DNA of 64,000 nucleotides from Octopus sinensis (Eukaryota): the NCBI RefSeq assembly GCF_006345805.1, contig NC_043007.1, positions 59,830,001-59,894,000 on the forward strand. Direction: 5' to 3'. Position numbers and translations under genes: made by a program. The number at the start of each line of letters is the position of its first letter. Position 1 is the first letter of the stretch. Below the pieces are notes generated by a model. It did no database searches. It was not told where the DNA came from and was given only the letters and a program-made list of their open reading frames with translations. Of this stretch, positions 39,175-51,480 are shown one piece after another.

Positions 39175-40394
39175 TCGTAAGAGGAAGAGAGCCAGTGCAT
39201 GTGACCTATGCAAACCTCTCCGGAAGTGGAATGTATAGACGCAGACGTGACGCAATGCGGAAAACGTTCGGTAAACTATCATGAGGCCATGTGTTCGATG
39301 CCATAGCGAGGCAATTTAGAAGAGTGCTTTCAACAATAACCTCGAGTCGCTGGAAACTCTGAACGCCTGTGTATCACGACTAGGGATCTGGTATAAATTT
39401 TCTAAAAGAACTTTCCACATATCTTTGTTAATCCGTCTGGAGAAATATATTACTGACATCCATCTTTGTTGCAGGACCTTTCTGGTTTTATCTTCTGGAT
39501 CAAATGAATTTCATGATTGTTATTAATACTGTTTTGTTGTCATAGAAAATCATGGGAAGAACGTAGTCTCCCTCTTTCTCATTGGTTGTTACTATATGTC
39601 AATTTTCTGATCATTAACGCCAGATTTCAGCAATCAGGAAGTAGACTAGTCATGGAATCTGTTAGCAATTTCTCACCAGAGTGTGCTGTCTTAGTTTTCT
39701 GGCTTACGTTATACTTTCCTTTTGTTGTTGATTCCATAACTAATCATTTAATCTTTTAAGTGTGTTAAAGAAATTCTTTATAATATTTATCAGTTAAGGG
39801 TTTTTTCTATCTCGTTTCCTCTTATGTTATGTAAAGTACTGTTGTAAATGCATGGTAAGACAGCAAGAAAGCGTGGTAGTTGGATGCACCATGTAACAGT
39901 TAGAATCCTGTAGTTTATAACTTCCATGTTCGCATATGAATTTGTAAATTGCATTAGTCATCTAAAATTCATTCATATCTTGGAAGGTCTTCGAGTTACG
40001 AAGGAACTCAGAAATTTTTTGTGCTAGACGTACATACAAAGACAAAGGGACCTTCGTCAGTTTTGTCGATGAGTATCAGTTGTTCAGTGCTCATTGAATT
40101 AACATGTGATTGAGTATTCTGCAGTAATGTCAATCCTTTACTTAACGCTCAGGTAAAAATCAACGTGACACGGAGAGTGACAAAGCTGGGTGTTTCAGTT
40201 ACATGTACAATCCACTCAGTAGGTCTCTCAATAGATTATTTGAGTCCAGTTTGATTGAGAAGGCTTAGGTCGAACCGAAATTACAAGGGAAAGATACTTA
40301 CTAAAGATGAAACCCCGTGTGATCGAACCCGGCACCTCGTCATTGCGAAACAATCTTGTGGGATATTCGGCCATGCTGTGTGTATACACGCGGG

Positions 40395-40467
<73 letters not shown>

Positions 40468-41673
40468 AACACACACACGCTTACAAAAATCACGTGCGTG
40501 CTGGTTGGGTCGTTAGGGCATTGAAAAAATGTGCCTTGCGCTATTGTTCTAAGACTTTCCATACTGAGTTCATACACCACCGAAGTCACCTTTGCTTTTC
40601 GTCCCTTCAGAGTCGATAAAATAGTCATACTGTGATCGATGGTGTCGGCTGACGTCCTCTCTTTAAGATTGCTGGTCTTTTGCCAAGCTCAGGAACGTTT
40701 AATAGCACACAGAACCGGGGATATGTACCGTGGTGACCGTGATGGTTTGATGGACAAATAATATTTGTATATGATAATTGGGAGAACGCCTTAAAACTTA
40801 TTTCATTGATACGAATTAATTCAATGTGTATTATGGCCTTCTTGGAGAAAATATCCGTGACACTAGCTTTATGAATAATATCTATACCAGTGTGAATACA
40901 ATGCCTTTTAGATGACTTTGCTATTGGAAACCTGTTAGGAAATTGCGTTAATTATTCTGAACGGATTTCCCTTCTTTTGTTTTTCTTTTCCTTTCCCTTT
41001 GTCATTGTTGTGGCTTTCGAGAGATAAAGAGATAAAAGGTGGAGCGATTGAAAATCAAGTTAAGAGAGAAGGGATAAGATACAAGATGGGAAATCAATGA
41101 AAAAAAATATATAGCCGAGAAACGAGAAAGTAAAGCATAGTAAATTATGCAGAAGATTCGAGAGTTAAGAGAACAGAAAAATATAAATGTAAATAGACGC
41201 CCACACACGTGCGCGCGCAAGCACGCAAGCACACACTCACATATACATATGCATGCATACTTGCACGTATATGAGAATTACTGGGTTACTTAACATCTAA
41301 ATATTGAATAGACTGCAGTCTCCACGCTTTTAAGTTAGTATTAGTATATATAACGTAAGTTCATTTGCAAATATCCTTGGAAGAAAAATATAACTCTTAC
41401 ATATCATAAAACAAATGACATAGAAGAAACAGACATAAATAAGGCCCGGAAGTCTCTTTATTTAACTACTGATTTTGTTCTCACTTTTTTACGACATTGT
41501 TTATCGTGCGTTCAAATCCTTGTTCCTTTTAAATAAACTATTCTTTTCTTGGATGCTACGTTCTGCCCTCAAAAAGTTATACATTTACAATATTACTAAA
41601 TTTCAATTAGTTACACCTTACATCCTTCATTCTACCCCTCTCGCTCTCCCTCCCTCATCCTTTAGTCTCTGTC

Positions 41674-41759
<86 letters not shown>

Positions 41760-42884
41760 CCCTCATTAAGAGTTTTATTTCTATTTTGTTCTCCCGTTTG
41801 AAAGCTAATTCTCATCTTGCCCACCGCTTTCTCTAGACCAGCTGGGGCAAATACGCGTCAGGAGAAAGGCAACGACATTTGACTTACCTATATCAAGTAT
41901 GTCAGCATTTACTTTACTATTCCTTTTTCATGCAGCAGATGACCCTGAATATTTTAGCCCTGTGATACTTTTAAGTTATTGCATCTCTCAATGTTCCTTC
42001 CCAATAATTCTAGAAACCTTTCACGTTATCTAAAATCTCACATTGATGTTACGCCTACGCTTCACTGATGAAATCTATTAAGAGTGAAATGTATCCAGAA
42101 TTGTCGTAACTACCAGCAATCAGGATTAAGACCATCAGCGTTTTATTTTAAATGAATTAAAACAAATTTTTTCTTCACTACAGATGTGATTATAATTAAT
42201 TGTAATTATAATTGTTTCACCACATTATCCGATATTCCGATATGAAGTTTGGTAAAGGCGTCATCTTTGGTTGGGCAACGTGGTAAAATAACGCTAGCAA
42301 AGAATTACATCTACTTTTTGTGTTTCACGTATCTACCTGCTTTGTGCACTCCTTCTTCGACGTGTACAAACCATGAATGCTATGCTTTAATCATGAACAT
42401 ATCTGCAGTGGCCATTCGCATTGTTGCCAGGAAATATATACATACACATGGGCGCAGAGGTGGCTGTGTGATAAGAAGCTTGCTTCCCAACCACATGGTT
42501 CCGAGTTGAGTCCCATGAATTTAGAATTTGAATATTTCATATGAAAAAGAAAAAAAGAAAGGAGGTACTTACTCATTTGCATTTCATCTATAACAGCCTC
42601 CTAACGTAATATATAAAATAGTAAATAGAAATGTGAAGCAGTTAAGAGATATGTGAAGTACAGATTAGTGACGTGAAGCACAAAAGTCTCAAAAGCGACG
42701 GGGAACGTCAAATTAGTGTTAACAAATTTAGTGTCAACTATACTTTTAAAGTCAATTAGAAATAATAATACTGGCAAGGAAAACCGATATTAATGACTAT
42801 TAGTATTTTTCTTTTATTCTTTTGCCTGTTTCAGTCATTTGACTGCGGCCATGTTGGAGCACTCCATATCAACCATTGCAGCTA

Positions 42885-42995
42885 GTCCATTCTTCCTAAA
42901 ACGTTGGCCCTCTGGAATTCCCACCTCGTGCACATGCTTTTCTCCTACAACCGCCGCCGTGTGATTAATAAAGAGGGACGTTAACAGCGTAAATC
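42885..42995 (+). mobile_element. CR1/L2-like LINE 3' end remnant
   Basis: ttcttcctaaaacgttggccctctggaattccc...ctcctacaac resembles the SFFPRT..LWNSLP...YN tail after frameshift correction. Confidence 0.4.
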
Positions 42996-43569
42996 ACAAT
43001 GGACTGAGAGGCACTGTAGAAGCCCATCGACACCTCCCCTCAAAACCAACCAAACAAAACCAGATTAAGCCAAAATGTTGTTGCTTCGTATTCAGATGGC
43101 ATTGTATTGTTAGTAGGTTTGAAGAAAAGATGTTTACACTTTGGATAACGTTGATACATTAACAAGAAACAAATAACGATTAAACATAGTATCTTCTTCA
43201 AACATAATTTCAAAAAGCTAGAGTAATCCACATTGTTTCATCTGCAATGTTATGGAACATTAAGAATAAAAAGGGTTTTTACAAAAAGTATAGTATATAG
43301 TAACTGAGGATTTTAGCCAACCAAATACTTGATTCGCTTTCTAGTTTGTTTAATCTTCAAGCCTCGTTCAAGCAGGTCTAAGATCAAAGGCATTCCAGTG
43401 TGACCATCTCGTAATACCTTATCTCTGAGAGAGATAGGGTACGATTTCCGTGGGATTGTTATTTCTAGCTAGTCAAACGGCAAGGTAGAGATTCCTTCAG
43501 TGGGTCGAGAATAGCGTTCTATTTTCTCTTGATAAAAAAAAAAAACGCATGAAAAGTATTCTTTATTTT

Positions 43570-43800
43570 ATTCTTTTACCTGTTTCAGTTATCAGACTGC
43601 GACCAAACTGGGGCACCACCTTGAAAAATTTTAGTCGACCTCAATACTCATTTTTCTTTTCTTCTTTTCTTTTCTTTTTTTAAAGCCTGGTATTTTTTCT
43701 AACGACTTCGTTTGCCGAACTGCTATGTTACTGGGACGTAAACACAGCAACACCGGTGTCAAGTAGTGGTAAGGAACAAACACAAATACAAAGACACATA
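43570..43800 (-). mobile_element. SINE family A, 3' half
   Basis: Tail and central motifs on the reverse strand. Confidence 0.75.
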
Positions 43801-43884
43801 CATATGTGTATGTATACACATATGTATACTTAGACGCGTACACACACGCGCACGTGTTATATATACATACATACATAAGTATAT

Positions 43885-43927
<43 letters not shown>

Positions 43928-43977
43928 TATATATATAATATAAATCAAAATAAGCTACAAGAATAACTTCGGTAATT

Positions 43978-44061
43978 TGGTACGATCGTTTCACGCTACA
44001 TCATTTTATTAAATGTTGTAAGTATTACAACAGTTTTAAAAGGTTGAGCAATCATCAGCCA
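43978..44061 (-). ncRNA. Candidate type I hammerhead with extended stem II
   Basis: TGG-CTGATGA-[long insert with the TGTTGTAA/TTACAACA hairpin]-GAAA-CGATCG-TA-CCA; core intact, stem I only 3 bp. Confidence 0.45.
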
Positions 44062-44292
44062 TTAATAGAGGTTTTCCATTAATACATAATTTTCATATCA
44101 ATTGATAACATTATAGAGAAGGTAGATATATAGACAAAGACGTCGATTTAAATTTTAAGAACATTAAAGTAGTAGAGTTTATCAACTGACTGAAGATTAT
44201 TCAGAATATTCAGTTGTTTTGAAGTGCTACCATATTCATTTGAATACCATATACTTAAATACCATATTCATTTGAATCTAAATTTTGCTGAA

Positions 44293-44327
<35 letters not shown>

Positions 44328-44522
44328 TTTACATTATATATAAGGGCTTAGTAAAATAAATTACTTTGCCACATACTGAACTCATTAGAAATAGCAGCTA
44401 AAGAAATTTCTTTAGCCATTTCTAATACTTAAAGAAGATCTCTCTCAGATAGTGTTTGCTCAAACCAACTCACGAAGGTATGGGGGTAAAAACATTAAAA
44501 AATCACAAATCCAAAGGTTATT

Positions 44523-44574
44523 TGAGAACGTACGTTTCTAGATTAGTCAAATCGACATTTCTTTCGTCAGCTCA
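44523..44574 (-). ncRNA. Candidate type I hammerhead
   Basis: TGAG-CTGACGA-[25 nt imperfect stem II]-GAAA-CGTACG-TT-CTCA; core intact, palindromic stem III, 4-bp stem I, GUU triplet. Confidence 0.5.
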
Positions 44575-44676
44575 GAACTCCTTGATTCGGATTTGGGAAC
44601 ACTGAAAGTGGGAGCATACCCTTTTGGCTTCTTATCACCTCCGGAGATCCGCTCGAACTAACAGTGCTAACAAATT

Positions 44677-44746
44677 CAAAATATGCAAGCGAAGAATTTC
44701 TGCTGGTGGAAAGGGGAGAGCAGAAATTCTTCGCTTGCATATTTTG
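44677..44746. repeat. Perfect hairpin, 28-bp arms, 14-nt loop
   Basis: 44677-44704 is the exact reverse complement of 44719-44746. Confidence 0.95.
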
Positions 44747-45029
44747 CATATTTCGCTTGCCATTAAAAACGTCGAAACAATGCATTGTCTAAAGATGAAT
44801 AGGGTAAATGTTTTTTAATTTTCCTTTAATTTCTGAATTACTACTACTTGGCGGTTTGAGTCCTGGCTGCTCTTTCTAGTGGGTCGAATGGCCTACTGAG
44901 GCCGTTCCTCAATTGTTGTTGAGTTATATATATAGTCTCTGACTATTTTCTCTTTCTCGCTAGACCGCTGGTGGCGAAAACATTTCTATTGAATTTTTTG
45001 CTACCCTATATTGATTAATATATATATAT

Positions 45030-45073
<44 letters not shown>

Positions 45074-45078
<5 letters not shown>

Positions 45079-45329
45079 GATAGTGTAAAATTATACACAT
45101 CAGGAATTCTACACCTAGGTGAAGATTCAGCATATTGGAGAGCCACAAAAATAGTGGATAAGATTCGACAGGAACAAAAATTTGAAAATGGGGTAATAAA
45201 TGTAATGTTTTTCATTTTCAAATTTTTGTTCCTGTCGAATCTTATCCACTATTTTTGTGGTTCTCTAATGTGCTGAATCTTCACCCTAGGTGTAGATTCC
45301 TTATGTGTATAATTTTACACTATCGTATA
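45074..45329. repeat. Fold-back repeat, 117-bp arms, 22-nt spacer
   Basis: 45074-45190 versus 45213-45329: 4 substitutions and 2 single-base indels by eye. Confidence 0.95.
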
Positions 45330-45469
45330 ATTAATATATAGTCTTTTTGACAAATTTTTTGCACATTAGATCACTGGAAATGTAAATTTTGATTGAATAT
45401 TTTAAATCTAATTAAATTCCATTTCCCTTTTGATATGATTAGGCCTTATATATATATATATATATATAT

Positions 45470-45635
45470 AACAGACTTCTTTCAATTTCCATCTACTACC
45501 AAATTCGCTCACAAGGCTTTGGTCGGGTCGAGACTATAGCAGTAGATAGTTGCCCAAGATTCCAAGCAGTGGAACTGAACCCGGAAACATGTGGTTGGGA
45601 AGCAAACTTCTTACCACATAACCAAGCCTGCGTCT
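45470..45635 (-). mobile_element. SINE family A, 5' half
   Basis: Head and core on the reverse strand. Confidence 0.75.
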
Positions 45636-46129
45636 AAGTATGGCATCTTGTTTTCCTCTCTTAAAAACCATAGATTTCTGTCTGTCGATGGAATTATGGT
45701 ATGGAAAAACCATTTTAAATGAGGAAAAGTTTCAATTTGCGGGAGAAGACTCTCATTGTTTTAATTTTTCTGGTCCTTTTGTTATTAGTTTTTTCTCTTA
45801 GTATTTGTTTTGATTTTTAGGGTAATGTGGCCCAATCAAAAACAATTCCACGCTACATAGTTCGTTTCATTGTCTTGAAAGAAAATGACTGATGATAGGA
45901 TAGAAACGCAGGCAATTTGGTAAGTTGGTAGGTGGTAGGTGGGTAAGTATACGTGAAGCTGAGCAGGTAGATAGACGAATAGGTAAGGTAGACGGGTGGA
46001 TGGGACGGGTGGGACGAATGGTACGGGAGGAATGTTAAGTACGTTTGTAGCTAGAAGAGAATGCTCAGTACGTTGGTGGGTAGGTGCGTAGTAGAGTATG
46101 TAGGAAGCTAGGTAGGTAGGCAGATAGAT

Positions 46130-46530
<401 letters not shown>

Positions 46531-47223
46531 GGAAGGGAGGAAAGTAGGTAGATGGGTTATAGTGAGGTAGATATTTCATAGGTCGATCGGAAGGTAGGTT
46601 AAACAAGAAGAGAGCAGTGAAGATAGAACAGAAGCCAAAATTGATGAAAGAGAAATATAATGGGCTGAGAAATATAATTAAAAATAATAAGATAGGAAAA
46701 CAAACAAATAATTCATACTGGAACTAATGATATTTTCTTTATTGTGTAGTGGGGGAGGGACGGGGGAGGTCAACATTTTCTGATGGGGGGAAGTTATACA
46801 TCAGTCATTGTCTATATATTTATTTTCTTTTTCTTTCCTTCTCCCTCCCACACTCTCTCCCTCCCACTCTGTTGCAGTCAGTTTGCTTCTCCAACAAACT
46901 TTCTCGCTACATTTCTTTTCGTCTCTCTCTCTCTCTCTCCTCCTCTCTCTGTCTAATCTCGTTTCTTTTATATATATATATATATCTGTCTAGTCTCGTT
47001 TCTTTTCTCTCTCTCTCACTCTCTCTCTCTCTAGTCTCGTTTCCTTTCTCTCCCTCCCACTCTCACACACATGCAAACAGACTTGCCGTTTCTTGATTTC
47101 CCTTAAAAACAAGAATGCATTCACACACACACACACACACCACATAGACCAACGCATATTTAACCTGCAAGCAAGGATTACTTACAAATACGCATCTAAG
47201 TCTCTTCTTGTCTTTCTAAACAC

Positions 47224-47278
<55 letters not shown>

Positions 47279-47454
47279 TCTCGTTCTTCCCCCTCTCTCT
47301 CAATTCTTCAGTTTGCATTTTCTCCATTCCTTTTCCCTTATACTCTCCCCTTATATTCGTATCCCTGTTCTCCCGGACCCAGGCCACCGGCAAACATAAG
47401 GTGTTGATGTGATCTGCGTTGAATTTACTTGTATTCTTTTACTGCCTTTTTTTG

Positions 47455-47629
47455 TTCTTTTTACTTGTTCCAGTCGTTTGACTGAGGTCATGCTGGAGCA
47501 CCACCTTGAAGGACTTTCGTCGAACAAATCGTCCCCAGGGCTAATATTTGCCGAACCGCTAAGTTACGGGACGTAAACACACCAACAACGGTTGTCAAGC
47601 AGTGATGAGGGACAAATACAGACACAAAG

Positions 47630-47665
<36 letters not shown>

Positions 47666-47689
47666 GTACACACACACACACACACACAC

Positions 47690-47728
<39 letters not shown>

Positions 47729-47870
47729 GACAGGATTCTTTCAGTTTCCGTCTACTAGATCCACTCACAATTTTATAGAAGACACTTGCTCAAGGTATTA
47801 TGCAGTGGGACTGAACCCGAAACCATGTGGTTGGGAAGCAAGCTTCTTACTACACAGCTACGCCTGCGCC
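47455..47870 (-). mobile_element. SINE family A, full length
   Basis: Head, core and tail on the reverse strand. Confidence 0.85.
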
Positions 47871-47892
47871 TTGTATGTGTATGTTATTTGCA

Positions 47893-48065
47893 GGTGGTGC
47901 GTTATGTTCTTGAGCAGAACACTTCATTTCACGTTGCTCTGCGATCATTTCGACACCTGACGAGTGGTACACCATGCATCTCTTCAGGCAACGTCGATTT
48001 GATGGAGAGAGTGAACTAATATACGGCATGTACATTTAGTTGCTATAAATAAATCATTAGTGCTA
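47893..48065 (+). mobile_element. SINE family C fragment
   Basis: gttcttgagcagaacacttcatttcacgttgctc motif. Confidence 0.5.
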
Positions 48066-48315
48066 GTTGTAGATATTATAAAACCGCTGTTACTTGGGGT
48101 TTCACAAAGATAACAGTACCATCTTTAATTATATATATATTATCTATATATATATATATATATATAAGTAAACAAATGAATTATCTTATTACGGATAATT
48201 CGAAAGTTAACCGATACCTGGGTAGCAAACTCACAACAGAAAAAGCACGGTTGAAGTTACGACCATAGGGCATAAACTCCGTGCCTTAGTGCGGAAATTT
48301 GAAGTTTAACATATT

Positions 48316-48440
48316 AAGTATAAGAAAGAATGGCGCTGAACGAAGATTTAACAAAATTCCTTTATTTTATTTATTTATTTCGAAAATAAAATAAAGGAAT
48401 TTTGTTAAATCTTCGTTCAGCTCCATTCTTTCCTATACTT
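48316..48440. repeat. Fold-back repeat, 57-bp arms, 11-nt spacer
   Basis: 48316-48372 versus 48384-48440 with 2 mismatches; abuts (TA)n on the right. Confidence 0.95.
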
Positions 48441-48496
48441 TATATATATATATATAATGTCTGTTTACAAAGTGTGAGCTATAAAAATCTGTCTAC

Positions 48497-48560
<64 letters not shown>

Positions 48561-48565
48561 ATATA

Positions 48566-48600
<35 letters not shown>

Positions 48601-48619
48601 CCTGTCTTGTCTGTACACA

Positions 48620-50094
48620 CAGTAGCGGCCAGAATATAAGGGTCAGTAAGAAAAAGTGTATTGAAATCGTTATTATAGAAGATTAACAAAACGTTGAGAT
48701 TAAATATTTTACACATATTTAGATATATTTAATATCTATATCTCGTGATAATTTCAACTGAATGGAATAAATATTTCGTAAGTTATGAGGAAATAGACAA
48801 ATAATTTTCCAAATTGCAACGGCCAAAAGTTAAAGATCACTTAGAAAAAAATGAACTACTAACCGAGGTATTTGTTGTTTAGAAGACTGTTAATGGGCTA
48901 ACAGTTACTTCTTATGATCTTACATTATTGGAACATTCAACTGTAAACATGGCGGATTATGGGAGACGACCGGTGTTCAGTGATGAAAACAAAGGACCGT
49001 GTGCCTTCACCAAGAGGGCAAGTCAAATTCTGTGATAGCAACTACTGTAGGAAGGTCTAGAAGTGTAGTTCAATATATTGTAGCGCGTTTTAAGTCATCA
49101 GGATCGAATACAAAACTGGTAGACCTGGTAAAACTTCACCAAGACAGGATCGTATTTTGGTTAGAAAGTCACTGAAACAGAGGTTTAAGAGTGCTGCTGA
49201 GATATCCCGCGAGTTTAGCTTCACATCCGATGTCAACGTATCGTGCAAAACAGTTTTTCGGAGGTTACGAAGTTCTGGGTTACTTGCTCGGGCACCGGCA
49301 AAGAAACGTCTGATCTCCAAGAAGAATCGTATCGTTTGGACAGAAGAACAGTGCTCGCAGGTTCATTTTAGTGATGAATCGGAGTTTATTGTGACTGGTT
49401 CCGATGGTGGGATATACATCCGACGAGGAAGTTGCGAAAGGTTATCTCGTGCATGTGTGAAGAAAGTGTAATGGTATGGGGAGTGATCTCTGCTGCTGGT
49501 CCTGGTCTACTTATTCACCTGCAAGGGACTATCAATGCTGAAATCTACAAACAGATTCTTAGACAGTATGCCCTTCTACATCTCCGACCCTCACCTGTTC
49601 AACCTTCTATCTTTGTGCAGGACAACGCTCCTTATCACACTGCGAAGAGTGTCAAAGATTTCTGGATGTGACGAAGGGGTTGATCTCATGGACTGGCCAC
49701 CTCAAAGTCCCGATCTCAACCGTGTAGAAAACGTTTGGAAGATTATTAGAGATGGGGCACGAAGGAGAAATCCAAAGAACTAATATGAACTCTGGGAATT
49801 ATTGAAAAACGAATGGAACAATATTACACCATCATTTTGCAAGAAATTAATTCAGTCCTGTGGTATCAGATGTCAGAAAGTCATTGTTAGTAAAAAGATG
49901 TTTACAAAATATTAATAGTAAATGTTTCTTCTTTGTTCTTTGTTCCATTTTTCATTGTTTTTCTAAGTGACCCTTAACTTTAGGCCGTTGCAGTTTGGAA
50001 GATCATTTGTTTATTTCCTTAGGACTTACGAAATATTTATTCCATTCACTTGAAATTTTCATGAAAGATAGATATTAGATAAATCTAAATATGT
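48620..50094 (+). mobile_element. Tc1 element with long IR/DR-type inverted repeats (right end truncated)
   Basis: About 140-bp inverted match between 48712-48849 and 49958-50094; DR-like motif (c)ggcca.aa..taagggtca.t.agaaaaa at 48620-48655 and 48817-48849. Confidence 0.85.
48949..49915 (+). pseudogene. Tc1 DD34E-type transposase, frameshifted
   Basis: VHFSDESEF, VMVWG, FVQDNAPYHT, WPPQSPDLNRVENVW, C-terminal TKY*. Confidence 0.92.
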
Positions 50095-50160
50095 ATGACG
50101 TATCTAGTCTTAATGTTTGGTTAATCTTCTATAAGGAATATATATATATATATATATATA

Positions 50161-50325
50161 TTACTCACGTTCTTTTTTCATTCTTTTTCTGTTTATTTTC
50201 TTATTCCCTTCTGTCGAAGAGCGTAGGCTTGAAGCGTAAAAGACCTTTCCATTTTATCGAGCGTCAAAGTAATGCACTCCTTTCTTCGTCATTATATTTT
50301 TATAAATTTGAACTATATATACCTG
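50161..50325 (+). mobile_element. Second (TA)n-embedded element with the hammerhead-like motif of 14060
   Basis: CTGTCGA-A-GAGC-GTAG-GCTT-GAAG-CG-TA-AAAGA at 50211-50243. Confidence 0.5.
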
Positions 50326-50399
50326 CATACATACATATACATATACATACATATATATATATATATTATATATATATATATATTATATATATATATATC

Positions 50400-50700
50400 A
50401 CGTGATCACGTGACCAACCAGACCATCAGATGTTGCTACACATCGCTGGTCACAATGCGTTCGCATAGTTTTAGCCTTCGAATGACGCCACCCCACTGGC
50501 TAAGCGAGCAGGCCAACAGAAGAAAGAGTGAGAGAAAGAGTGGTGAAGGAGTACAGCAGGGATCACCACCCCCTGCCGGAGCCTTGTGGAGCTTTTAGGT
50601 GTTTTCGCTCAATAAACACACACAGCGCCTTGTCTGGGAATCGAAACCGCGATGCTACGACCGCGAGTCCGCTGACCTAACTACTGGGCTATTGCGCCTC
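50400..50700 (-). mobile_element. tRNA(Arg)-like SINE, full length
   Basis: Head gaggcgcaatagcccagtagttagg...gactcgcgg (TCG at the anticodon position)...ggtttcgattccc, then body and tail; (TA)n flanks. Confidence 0.85.
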
Positions 50701-50744
50701 TATATATATATATACCGTTATATATATTACGTCGTCGGTTACAA

Positions 50745-51017
50745 CGACGAGTGCTCCAGTTGATCCGATCAACGAAACACCGTGCTCCTAAAATTAATGA
50801 GCAAGTGGCTGAGTATACCACAGATACGGGTACCTTAATGTTGTTCTCAGGGATAGTTAACGTGACACGCAAAGGCCAGTCCATTTTCTTACATATACAA
50901 CTAGTGGACTGGAGTAACGTGAAATAAATTGTGTTGCTCAAGGGCACAATGCGCTGCTGGGAATCGAACTCATGACTTTAAGCTCGTGAACCAATTACTC
51001 TAACCACCTAGCCACGA

Positions 51018-51018
<1 letters not shown>
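50745..51018 (-). mobile_element. SINE family C
   Basis: Reverse complement has a tRNA-like head (tggctaggtggttagag...gagttcgattccc) and ttgagcaacac...tttcacgttactccagtccac. Confidence 0.7.
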
Positions 51019-51076
<58 letters not shown>

Positions 51077-51094
51077 TTATGTATGTATGTATGT

Positions 51095-51480
51095 ATGTTG
51101 CAAGAAGTTTGCTTCCCAACCGCATGGTTCGAAGTTCAATTCCAGGGCGTGCTACCTTGGGCAAGTGTCTTCTACTATAGCCTCGAGCGGACCAAAGCCT
51201 TTTGAGTGGATTTGGCAGACGGAATCTGAAAGAAACTCGTTGTATATATATGTATGCGCGCGCACGTGTGTGTGTGTCTTTGTGTCTGTGTTTTTCCACC
51301 ATTACCACTTGACAACCGCTGCTGGTATGTTTACCTCCCCGTAACTTAGCGATAGAATACGTACCATGCTTTAAAAACATAATTACTGGGGTGGGTCGAT
51401 CTAAAAATTCCTTCAATACGGTGCTCTAACATGGCCGCAGTCAAATGGCTGAAACAAGTAAAAGATAAAAGCTAAAAGAT
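51095..51480 (+). mobile_element. SINE family A
   Basis: Head, core and tail. Confidence 0.8.

Noticed and set aside
42065-42093. Hammerhead-like CTGATGA...GAAA-TG-TA
   Set aside because: Core is present, but stem I does not pair and stem III has lost its palindrome; at best a decayed remnant.
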